Source: Terriglobia bacterium (GTDB lineage Bacteria; Acidobacteriota; Terriglobia; 20CM-2-55-15). Taken from it: a DNA stretch of 64,000 nucleotides. The notes under the pieces were generated by a model. The model had not been told where the DNA came from. It did not search any database and worked only from the letters and a program-made list of their open reading frames with translations. Each line of letters starts with the position of its first letter. The first letter of the stretch is position 1. Positions 50,253-59,157 of this stretch are shown in pieces. Location of the stretch: contig CAXWPJ010000002.1 of NCBI GenBank assembly GCA_963664115.2, forward strand, positions 928,001-992,000, written 5' to 3'. The position numbers and the translations under genes are program-made.

Positions 50253-53003
50253 ATGTCTCAAGTACCGCGTCCAACAAAATTCCAACTGCCCCCGGGAGCC
50301 AGCGTCGTCTACAAGCTATTTGCTGCCGTCGTTCTCATCTTCCTGGGAAACCAGGCGATATCGATCTACGTCGAAACTCTCTGGTATGAGAGCGTCGGCT
50401 ACGAGTCGGTCTATTGGTACAGGCTGGCAATGCAGTGGGGTACCTTCGCCCTGTTCGCGCTGGCGACGGGCGGGTCGCTCTGGGTTCTGCTTTCGTTCCT
50501 GTCTCCGGGCAAAGGCGAAAGCCGATCGGTAATCGAATTTGGCGGGGAAACTCTGGTCATCCCACCACCGGAGTTTTTCCGGAGAGTGGCCGCCGCGGTC
50601 GCGCTCGTGTTCGGCTTGCTCTTCGGGCTTGCATACAGTATCAACTGGTCTGTTTACGCGCTGTTTCTGAACAGGCCGGCACCCTCAGCGGTGGTGGATC
50701 CAATTCTGGGCCAGGATCTGAACTTCTACCTCTTCGTTCTCCCCGCACTGGAATCGCTATCCTCGTGGTTCATCTCGATCAGCGTCATCACCCTGCTGGC
50801 TGCTCTGTTGGTTGCCGCGCTGGACGAATCGAAGAGATTTCGCGGCTTGTCAGCAGGGCTGGCACTGACCTTCCTGGCCCTGGCAACCCGCGCGTACCTG
50901 TACCGCTTTCACTTGCTCTACCAGGAGCACCCGCTGATTTCAGGGGTCACCTACGTGGACGACAACGCCATCATTCCCGGCTTGTGGATCCTCACCGGCG
51001 CGCTATTGGTTGGCGCAGCCGTCAGTGCCTACAATGTCCAGGCTTGCCAGGTACGGAATATCGCCATCGCGGCCGGCTTACCGGTCCTCGTCTATGTATT
51101 TGCCTGGGTGTTGGTTCCTGGCTACGTTACAAATTTCGTGGTTCGACCGAACGAACTGGTTCGGGAAACGCCTTATATCGCCCACAACATCGAACATACG
51201 CGCCAGGCTTTCGGGTTGAGCGAAGTGGAGACTATTCCGTTTGACCCTGCGGTCACCGGAATGTTCGATCCTGAATCGCACGCCCAGACCCTGGACAACG
51301 TCCGGCTCTGGGATTGGCGAGCCCTGCAGTCCACCCTGCAACAGATTCAGGAGATCCGCACGTACTACGATTTTGCCGACGTGGATGTCGACCGGTATGT
51401 CATCGACGGGGAAAAGCGCTCGATGATGCTGGCGACCCGTGAGCTGAACCTGACAAACCTGCCGGCCGGTTCGAGTAATTGGATCAACGAGCGATTGATC
51501 TTTACCCACGGTTACGGCGTGACTATGAATCCGGTCAGCCGTTTCACGAACGAAGGACTTCCCGAACTGGTCCTGCGCGACATGCCGGTGGTAAGTACGA
51601 TCCCGTCGATCCGACTCGAACGACCCGAAATCTACTTTGGCGAACTGACGAACTGGCCCGTCTACGTCAAGACCCGGCAGCAGGAGTTCAACTACCCGGA
51701 AGGGGACAGCAACAATTATTCGACCTACGAAGCAACCGCCGGTATTCGGGTAGGATCGATGCTCCGGCGGGTGATCCTGGCCTACCAGACAGGCGAGTTG
51801 ACAACGCTACCCTTTGCCCAGGACGTGACCGCGGACAGCGAATTGTTGATGCGCCGTAATATCCGGGATCGCATCAGCCGCATCGCTCCGTTCCTGATCT
51901 ACGATGATGACGCCTACATCGTTGTCGGTGAAGATGGTGGCCTGTATTGGATGATCGACGCGTTTACAGTGGCCGATTCCTACCCCTATTCCAGGCAAAT
52001 CCTCTTTCGCGGACAACCCGTCAACTACATCCGTAACAGCGTTAAAGTCATCATCAACGCCTACGACGGGACGACGCGCTTCTATGTGTTCGAACCCGAG
52101 GATCCCGTCATTCAGGCGTACAGCAATACCTTTCCCGATCTCTTCCTGAACGCCGACGAAATGCCGGCTCACCTCGCGGCCCATGTCCGCTATCCCGAAC
52201 TGATGTTCAGCATCCAGGCCCTGGTCTACGCGACGTATCACGTCGAAGACACACAGGTTTTCTATAACCGGGAAGATCTCTGGACCGTTGCTCAGCAAGG
52301 GCGGTCGCAGGCGGGATCCGACGAGATCGAACCCTATTTCGTTCTGCTCCGTTTCCCCGGCGAAGAGGACGTGGAGTTTGTATCCATACTCCCGTTTACG
52401 CCTTCGAACCGGAACAACCTGATCGGCTGGATGGCCGCGCGCAGCGACGGGGAACAGTACGGCAAGTTGAGAGCGTACCAGTTTCCCAAGACCCGCTTCG
52501 TGGATGGTCCGTTGCAGATCGAGGCCCGGATCGATCAGGACCCGGAACTGTCTTCGCAGTTGAGCCTGTGGAACCAGCAGGGATCCACCGTCCTCCGCGG
52601 GAACCTGCTGGTCATTCCCCTCGACGACACGCTCCTGTTTGTCGCGCCGATATTCCTACAGGCGGAACGCAGCCCCATGCCCGAACTCCGCATCGTCGTG
52701 CTCGCTACTCAGGACCGCATGGCTTACGGAGCCTCCTTTGAAGAGGCGCTGACCAACCTTCTCGATCGCAGTTTCACCTTTACTCCCGATGCGGCGGTCG
52801 AGATAACCGAAACCGGTCTGGATGAACTCCCGCCGGTCCTTACACTCACAGAGGCAGCCGCGCCCGCCGCGTTGATCCAGCGCGCAAGTCAGGCTCTTGC
52901 CGATTACCAACGCTTCACCTCTGAGGGACGCTTGGCCGATGCCGGTCAGAGCCTGGAGGATCTTCGAGAAGCGTTAGAAGAATTGAACGTGTCGTCTCCC
53001 TAG
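50253..53003 (+). CDS. UPF0182-family membrane protein
   Basis: NVRLWD, DVDRY, FTHGYG, NYIRNSVK and RGNLLVIP. Confidence 0.93.
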   Translation: MSQVPRPTKFQLPPGASVVYKLFAAVVLIFLGNQAISIYVETLWYESVGYESVYWYRLAMQWGTFALFALATGGSLWVLLSFLSPGKGESRSVIEFGGETLVIPPPEFFRRVAAAVALVFGLLFGLAYSINWSVYALFLNRPAPSAVVDPILGQDLNFYLFVLPALESLSSWFISISVITLLAALLVAALDESKRFRGLSAGLALTFLALATRAYLYRFHLLYQEHPLISGVTYVDDNAIIPGLWILTGALLVGAAVSAYNVQACQVRNIAIAAGLPVLVYVFAWVLVPGYVTNFVVRPNELVRETPYIAHNIEHTRQAFGLSEVETIPFDPAVTGMFDPESHAQTLDNVRLWDWRALQSTLQQIQEIRTYYDFADVDVDRYVIDGEKRSMMLATRELNLTNLPAGSSNWINERLIFTHGYGVTMNPVSRFTNEGLPELVLRDMPVVSTIPSIRLERPEIYFGELTNWPVYVKTRQQEFNYPEGDSNNYSTYEATAGIRVGSMLRRVILAYQTGELTTLPFAQDVTADSELLMRRNIRDRISRIAPFLIYDDDAYIVVGEDGGLYWMIDAFTVADSYPYSRQILFRGQPVNYIRNSVKVIINAYDGTTRFYVFEPEDPVIQAYSNTFPDLFLNADEMPAHLAAHVRYPELMFSIQALVYATYHVEDTQVFYNREDLWTVAQQGRSQAGSDEIEPYFVLLRFPGEEDVEFVSILPFTPSNRNNLIGWMAARSDGEQYGKLRAYQFPKTRFVDGPLQIEARIDQDPELSSQLSLWNQQGSTVLRGNLLVIPLDDTLLFVAPIFLQAERSPMPELRIVVLATQDRMAYGASFEEALTNLLDRSFTFTPDAAVEITETGLDELPPVLTLTEAAAPAALIQRASQALADYQRFTSEGRLADAGQSLEDLREALEELNVSSP

Positions 53004-53090
53004 ACGGATGTCCGCTCGTATTGAGCCGATGAAAGGCCGATGAAAGGATGCAGGGCAGGGAACAGCCTTCTATCGGCCTGCTGGCCCTAG

Positions 53091-54938
53091 ACCCTGAACA
53101 AGCGTGATTGACGAGGAAATGATAGTGCAATAAGAGCGGAAGTACCCGAAATGCCCCCTCTCCGTGCGAAAAAAACCTTGAACAGATTCTTCGGAAAAGG
53201 AGGCATTTCAGATGAACGATTATACGCGCAAGAACATGAGGAACCGCAAGCGGCGAATCGAACGTCGGCTTGGGGACCGGCATTGGACGGATCAGGTAGA
53301 GCCGATGTTTTCGGCGAGCAACATTCAGTACGAGATGGGAGAGCGGACGCGGGGCACATCGGTTGGTGGTATCGGGACGATGCAACTGGTGGCGCGGCGG
53401 ACCGGGCTGATCGAAGCCATCGACAAGGGCGTGCATGTGTTGAAGCGGCACCTGCCGTATCACGAGTCGGATCACGTGCTGAACATCGCCTACAACGCCT
53501 TGAGCGGAGGAACGTGCCTGGAAGACATCGAACTGCGGCGCAACGATGCGGTGTATCTGGATGCGCTGGGAGCGCAACGGATTCCGGATCCGACGACGGC
53601 GGGAGACTTCTGCCGGAGATTCGAGGCCGACGACGTGGAGTGTCTGATGGAGGCAACCAATCAAGTCCGGCTCGGAGTCTGGCGACAGCAACCGGCGGCG
53701 TTTTTCGAAGAAGCGGTGTTGGACGCGGACGGGACACTGGCCGAAACCACGGGGGAATGCAAGCAAGGGATGGACGTGGCCTACGACGGGACGTGGGGAT
53801 ATCACCCGCTGATGATCTCGCTGGCCAACACCGCCGAACCGCTGTATCTGGTCAATCGTAGCGGCAACCGGCCGTCGCATGAAGGAGCCGCGGTCCGGTT
53901 CGACCAAGCCATCGCATTGTGCCGGCATGCGGGGTTTCGCCAGATCCTGCTGCGCGGGGACACGGACTTCAGCCAGACCCGGCATCTGGACGGATGGGAC
54001 GACCAGCAGGTGGGTTTCATATTCGGGATTGACGCGATGGCGAACCTGAAGGCCCGGGCCGATGAACTGGAGCCGCGCCAGTGGAAGCGCCTGGAACGGC
54101 CCGCGAAATACGACGTGGCGACCGAACCGCGCCAACGTCCCGACAACGTGAAGGAAGAGATCGTTCGGCAGCGCGGTTTCGACAATATCCGCTTGCAGGG
54201 TGAGGATGTGGCCGAGTTTCGGTATCGACCCGGAGCCTGCGATCGGGACTACCGTGTCGTCGTGGTGCGGAAGAATCTGTCGGTGGCCAAAGGAGAGCAG
54301 GTGTTGTTTGACGACATCCGGTACTTCTTCTACATTACCAACCGTTCGGATCCGGCCGACCAGATTGTGATGCGTGCCAATCAACGGTGCAATCAGGAGA
54401 ATCTCATTGAGCAGTTGAAGAACGGCGTTCAGGCGTTGCGGATGCCGGTCGGAGATCAGACCAGCAACTGGGCCTACATGGTGATCGCGTCACTGGCCTG
54501 GACACTGAAAGCGTGGTTTGCATTGCTGCTTCCCGAAACCGGACGTTGGGGCCAAAAATATCAGGCTGAGAAGCAAACCGTGCTGCGCATGGAGTTCAAA
54601 ACCTTCTTGAACGCTTTCATGCTTGTGCCGTGCCAACTCGTGCGCACCGGGCGGCGCATTCTGTTCCGGATCCTGGCCTGGAACCGGTGGTTGCCGGTCT
54701 TGTTCCGCGGGGTGGATGTGTTGCGTCAGCCTCTGCGATGTTGACCCGATCATGACTCTGAGCCCGGGCGATCGAGGTCCCGGTTTCTGTCAACCGTCCA
54801 ACACCAGCGAGGCTGAACTGAAACAGATTCAACAGAAACTCGATACCTGGAACAGGCCATCCGGGAACGGGATTCTATGCCTCGAATTCTATCGGCGCGA
54901 ACTGGGCCTCGGCGGACTGGTTATGCGCTTGTTTTGGG
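53091..54938 (+). mobile_element. IS1380-family insertion sequence, copy 2 (1848 bp)
   Basis: Inverted near-identical copy of 31790-33637; flanks CCTAG (left) and GCTAG (right). Confidence 0.93.
53212..54744 (+). CDS. IS1380-family DDE transposase
   Basis: Same 510 aa as copy 1 apart from VGGIG versus VGDIG. Confidence 0.93.
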   Translation: MNDYTRKNMRNRKRRIERRLGDRHWTDQVEPMFSASNIQYEMGERTRGTSVGGIGTMQLVARRTGLIEAIDKGVHVLKRHLPYHESDHVLNIAYNALSGGTCLEDIELRRNDAVYLDALGAQRIPDPTTAGDFCRRFEADDVECLMEATNQVRLGVWRQQPAAFFEEAVLDADGTLAETTGECKQGMDVAYDGTWGYHPLMISLANTAEPLYLVNRSGNRPSHEGAAVRFDQAIALCRHAGFRQILLRGDTDFSQTRHLDGWDDQQVGFIFGIDAMANLKARADELEPRQWKRLERPAKYDVATEPRQRPDNVKEEIVRQRGFDNIRLQGEDVAEFRYRPGACDRDYRVVVVRKNLSVAKGEQVLFDDIRYFFYITNRSDPADQIVMRANQRCNQENLIEQLKNGVQALRMPVGDQTSNWAYMVIASLAWTLKAWFALLLPETGRWGQKYQAEKQTVLRMEFKTFLNAFMLVPCQLVRTGRRILFRILAWNRWLPVLFRGVDVLRQPLRC

Positions 54939-54939
54939 G

Positions 54940-55356
54940 CTAGTCTCAGTGGACCGCGATGGCATTGTGGAACCGATCGAAACCGGCCAGCGAGAAATCT
55001 ACATCCAGCCGTATCCAGGACCGGGTGGTCAGGAGACAGTATCCGTGGGCGGCGGCCGAGAGCCAGTCTGGGCTACAAACGGCGAGTTGTTCTATCGGAA
55101 CCTCGCTGGCGATCGTGTGATGGCAGTGTCGGTCACGACCGAACCGACGTTGACGATGGGCACGTCAAGGGAGGTCTTACAGGGAAACTACGTCTTTGAT
55201 TCAATTCATCCGCAGTACGACGTGACGGCCGACGGCCAGCGGTTTCTCATGCTCCAGGACGCTGCGACTGAAAACAGCGGCGAGGCAGGACCTCCACCCA
55301 TCAACACCGTCCTGAACTGGTTTGAAGAACTGAAAGAACGGGTGCCGGTGCCCTGA
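54940..55356 (+). pseudogene. 3' remnant of a TolB-like beta-propeller (typical C-terminus of Ser/Thr kinase-PD40 proteins)
   Basis: LVSVDRDG, EIYIQPYPGPGG..VSVGGGREPVW, YDVTADGQRFLM and VLNWFEELK; no start codon outside the IS. Confidence 0.8.
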
Positions 55357-56049
55357 TTTTCGAGTTCAAGTCCTGATAAATCATCTTGTCGGACATTGAG
55401 AATTTGTTGATTCCAACCATTGCTTCCAACCCACTCGTTCTAAAAGCTAGGACTGGTGCCAGAAGCCGACTTCAGGGACATTGGCAGCACTTCTACCAAG
55501 AGTCTGCGACTCAGGAGTTGGAAGAACATGGATATACGCTTCGGCGTTACTCGCGAGTGATCGTCCAGCAGGTCTCTTTTTTGGTAACCTTTCATCGTCG
55601 TCCGCCCTTGCCAGATTCTGGATTCGGTTTCACGCCAGGCGCGTCCCCATAAGGGCAGGGTCACGTTAAGCTGTTTGGTGGCGTTCTCGCCGCCGCCCCT
55701 CATCTCTAAGTCATTGATTCTTCTTCTGAGATCATGCAGAATCAGTCCTCATATATGTACGGACTTTTCCTAACGTGACAGGATCATCGAATGCCATCTA
55801 TAACGCCTGTGAGGTCCGGATCCGCGAGCACACGATCACCCTGGACAAGATAATTACAGGGTTGAAAGCACTCGTGTGAAGCGGCAATCGGAGACGACAG
55901 TCGTTGCCGGCATACTCGACGCCTTTACGATGACCCGAACCCCGCCTCCCTCAAGCGGACCGGTCATGTTCAGTAGCGGGAGTTGCGTCCGAAGAGCGGC
56001 ATCCACCCCGGCCACGGTCAATCTCTCAAGGCCGCCAACGACTTCCAGG

Positions 56050-58368
56050 GTGGTCTTGAAAACTCTGACATGCGTCGTGGCTCTCGTCCTCACCCTGGGG
56101 GGCATTCGGTTTCCCCTCGCCCAGGGGCAGGGAACCTCGGCTCAGGTTTCGGGGCAGACCCCGAGTCCCATCCTGCGACGGATCGCCCCACCCCCCGTGC
56201 AGCAGGTGCCGGAGGGCAGCGCTTCGACCTCGCCCGGTGACCGCCGCTCGATGGCGGCTGTCCGGATGGCCACCGACGAATCGATCACGCTGGATGGACG
56301 TCTGGATGAAGACGTCTGGCTGCGCGCCGTACCGGCGACCAACTTCATTCAGCGCGATCCGGACAACGGCGAACCCGCCACCGAGCAGACAGAAGTGCGT
56401 TTCGTCTACGACGCCGACAAGCTCTACATGGGGGTCACGCTGTTCGATTCGGAGCCGGACAAGCTGATTTACTACCAGATGAGACGGGACGGGAACCTTC
56501 CGGCCGACGACAAGCTGCAATGGGCGATCGACACCTTCAATGATGGCCAGAGCGCCTATTGGTGGGAGATGAACCCGCTGGGTTCGATGGCCGACGCGCT
56601 GCGGGGCGCGAACAATACGAACAACCGGCGGTGGGATGGGATCTGGGACGCCCGCTCGACCCGTAGCGATATTGGATGGACCCTCGAAATCGAAGTCCCG
56701 TTTCGTACGATGAATTTCAACCCCAACAGCGAAGGGTGGGGTGTCAATTTTCAACGGGTGATCGCCCGTAAGAACGAAGTGAGCCTCTGGATGGGCTGGC
56801 TGCGCAACCAGGGCTTGAACAGGATGAGTAATGCCGGTCTGCTCACCGGCATCCAGGATGTGACCCAGGGTCGTGGCCTCGACATTAAGCCGTACCTGGT
56901 GGGCACCTCCGAGTCCTTTCCGGGTCGCGGTGACCGAGCCACCGCGAATGACGTGCAGGCCGGTGTCGATCTCTTCTACAACATCACGCCGAGCCTGCGA
57001 GCTAATCTCACAGTGAACACCGACTTTGCTCAGGCCGAGGTCGACGCGCGCCAACTCAACCTCACCCGTTTCTCGCTGCTGTTTCCGGAACAGCGTGATT
57101 TCTTCCTCGACGGCGCGCTGTTCTTCGATTTCGCGGCCGGAGATAGCCAGTCTCTGATTCCTTTTCAAAGCCGCCGGATAGGTCTCGACGAAGAGAACAG
57201 GCCGCAGCGGATCAACTTCGGCGGCAAACTGACCGGGCAGTCCGGGGCTTTCGATATCGGCGTCCTGCAGGTCCAGACCGGTGACGAAACCAAAGACGAA
57301 GAAGGCGGTTCCCTTGGAGAGGACTTCACCGTCGTGCGCATCAAGCGGCGGATGTTCCGCGAATCCTACCTGGGCGGGTTGTATACGATGCGTCACACTC
57401 GTGGCGGCGACATTGGCGACCGCCAGACGATCGGCCTCGACCTGCGGCTGGCGACATCCACCTTCCGTGGCTCCGACAACCTGAGCGCGACCGGCTATTT
57501 CCTGCACACGACAAACCCCCTCAACACCGTCGGCAAGAGCTCAGCCTTTGGCGGGGTACTCGCATATCCGAACGATCCGCTGAACCTGCAGATCGAGTAC
57601 AGGGAGATCCAGGAGAACTACGATGCAGCGATCGGATTCAATCGTCGAACCGCTTTCCGAAACATCAAACCGCAGATAAACCTCGCGCCGCGGCCGAGTC
57701 AGCATCCATGGATCCGACGGTTCAATTTCGGGACATCAATGGATGTGTTCCTCGACCCGGTCGACAACCGCTTGTTGACCCGGGAAGTCGACATCAAGGC
57801 GCTGGAGATCGAGACACACAGGCAGGACAGGATCGAGTTTCACGTCCTCCCGACCTATGAACTGCTAGATCGAGATTTCAACATAACGCCTGACGTAACG
57901 CTTCCTGCCGGCCAGGAGTACAGCTTCACCCGCTACCGCATTCAGGGACGGACGAGCAGCCGCCGCCCCGTCTCCGTGTCACCGCTGGTTGAGTGGGGCA
58001 AATTCTTCTCAGGTGACCGGTTGCGACTCAACACGACGGTCAACTACCGCGCTGCGCCCGGACAGATGTTCTCCTTCACGAGTGAGTGGAATCGCGTATC
58101 GCTGGCCCAGGGGCAGCACTACACCAAGTTGTACCGCGCGCTTGCCGAAACGCAATTCAACCCCAGGATCTCGCTCGTCAACAACGTACAGTACGACACG
58201 CAGAGCGGGGTCATCGGATGGCAGTCGCGCTTTCGGTGGATTGTGCGACCTGGCAGCGATTTCTATTTCGTCTACATCCACAACTGGCTGGACGATCCGA
58301 TGACGGGTCAGACCTACACACTGGACCGCCGACTGTCTACAAAGGTTCTTTACACCCACAGGTTCTGA
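56050..58368 (+). CDS. CBM9-like + DUF5916 probable outer-membrane beta-barrel protein
   Basis: LDGRLDE..W, TVNTDFAQAEVD, FPEQRDFFL, SRRIG and C-terminal Phe. Start uncertain (ORF open from 55876). Confidence 0.82.
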   Translation: MVLKTLTCVVALVLTLGGIRFPLAQGQGTSAQVSGQTPSPILRRIAPPPVQQVPEGSASTSPGDRRSMAAVRMATDESITLDGRLDEDVWLRAVPATNFIQRDPDNGEPATEQTEVRFVYDADKLYMGVTLFDSEPDKLIYYQMRRDGNLPADDKLQWAIDTFNDGQSAYWWEMNPLGSMADALRGANNTNNRRWDGIWDARSTRSDIGWTLEIEVPFRTMNFNPNSEGWGVNFQRVIARKNEVSLWMGWLRNQGLNRMSNAGLLTGIQDVTQGRGLDIKPYLVGTSESFPGRGDRATANDVQAGVDLFYNITPSLRANLTVNTDFAQAEVDARQLNLTRFSLLFPEQRDFFLDGALFFDFAAGDSQSLIPFQSRRIGLDEENRPQRINFGGKLTGQSGAFDIGVLQVQTGDETKDEEGGSLGEDFTVVRIKRRMFRESYLGGLYTMRHTRGGDIGDRQTIGLDLRLATSTFRGSDNLSATGYFLHTTNPLNTVGKSSAFGGVLAYPNDPLNLQIEYREIQENYDAAIGFNRRTAFRNIKPQINLAPRPSQHPWIRRFNFGTSMDVFLDPVDNRLLTREVDIKALEIETHRQDRIEFHVLPTYELLDRDFNITPDVTLPAGQEYSFTRYRIQGRTSSRRPVSVSPLVEWGKFFSGDRLRLNTTVNYRAAPGQMFSFTSEWNRVSLAQGQHYTKLYRALAETQFNPRISLVNNVQYDTQSGVIGWQSRFRWIVRPGSDFYFVYIHNWLDDPMTGQTYTLDRRLSTKVLYTHRF

Positions 58369-58647
58369 GGCCCTCGCCCGCGGTCACTGATCAATCCCGC
58401 ATCCCTAGGGTCAGGCCAGACCAGTTCGGTATCACAGGCCCACCGGGCGGGTGTCGAATGACGAATCAGCCACGAAAATTATTGATATTTAGATCCATTT
58501 CATCCTTCGAGTCATTGCTGGAATTAAGCGATCCGCGACTCAACTGCCCGCGGGTTCACCTGGCTACCACTCTGGTTCGCGGATCAGTAAAACAAGCGGG
58601 GTTTGGGGCAACGGGTGGCAAGACGCAGGGCGGGAATGTCGTAATTG

Positions 58648-58681
58648 GGGTGTTATGTCAACCCGCGCGCGGCCGCAGGCC
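58648..58681 (+). repeat. Direct repeat copy 1 containing a XerD/dif-like arm
   Basis: GGGTGTTATGTCAACCCGCGCGCGG exact match to 61521-61545 (32 of 34 over the extended unit). Confidence 0.8.
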
Positions 58682-58767
58682 AGCGCGCGAACTCAACGCT
58701 CCACGAAAAGTCGCATCTCGATCTTCTTCGAGACCGGCAGGTTATTGGTGGGTGCGCTTGGGTTCAA

Positions 58768-59130
58768 TCAATTGTTCAACAGCGGAATACTCTCAGCTGG
58801 AACCGGCCGAGGCAGCGACTGTAGAAAAGCGTATATGTCGGCCAGTTCCTGATCTGTCACAACCCGGCTGGTGTAGAGCGGCATCACGCCAGCGGGCTGG
58901 CGGACATATGCGGAGAACCCCGAAAACGTATAAGGAGACGGACCGATTCTCCCGCCCGGGCCGCCGTGAGCGGCGTAGCCGTGGCATGAATAGCATCCAT
59001 AGCTGGCGAAAATCTCCTTGCCGTTTTCGGCGTCTCCGCGCGGTGCGGTGTCCGGAGCTTGCGCCGCACTCATTCCACCCAATACGGAAATCATCACTGT
59101 TGCCAGGATCAGAAAGATCGTGAAGCGCAT
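58768..59130 (-). CDS. Monoheme c-type cytochrome
   Basis: AAAGGAG RBS, signal peptide, CYSCH and distal Met (GVMP). Confidence 0.9.
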   Translation of the reverse strand: MRFTIFLILATVMISVLGGMSAAQAPDTAPRGDAENGKEIFASYGCYSCHGYAAHGGPGGRIGPSPYTFSGFSAYVRQPAGVMPLYTSRVVTDQELADIYAFLQSLPRPVPAESIPLLNN

Positions 59131-59157
59131 GGCAGCGAATTCTCCTTTCTTCATTTT

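Noticed and set aside
53025-53046. GCCGATGAAAG tandem duplication near IS1380 copy 2
   Set aside because: Only two units and 40 bp from the IS end, so neither a TSD nor an array.
55357-56049. Long spacer with mobile-element-like words (TAAGTCATTGATT, ATATATGTACGG)
   Set aside because: No inverted repeat, TSD or recognisable ORF to support an element call.
56026-57507. 493-aa minus-strand ORF, and similar long shadows at 58086-59123, 61494-62363 and 62321-63454
   Set aside because: Antisense or alternative-frame shadows of well-supported genes.
58589-58608. 10-bp match (AAAACAAGCG) to the IS1380 terminal repeat
   Set aside because: Too short, lacks the terminal CCC and the CTAG flank; compatible with chance.
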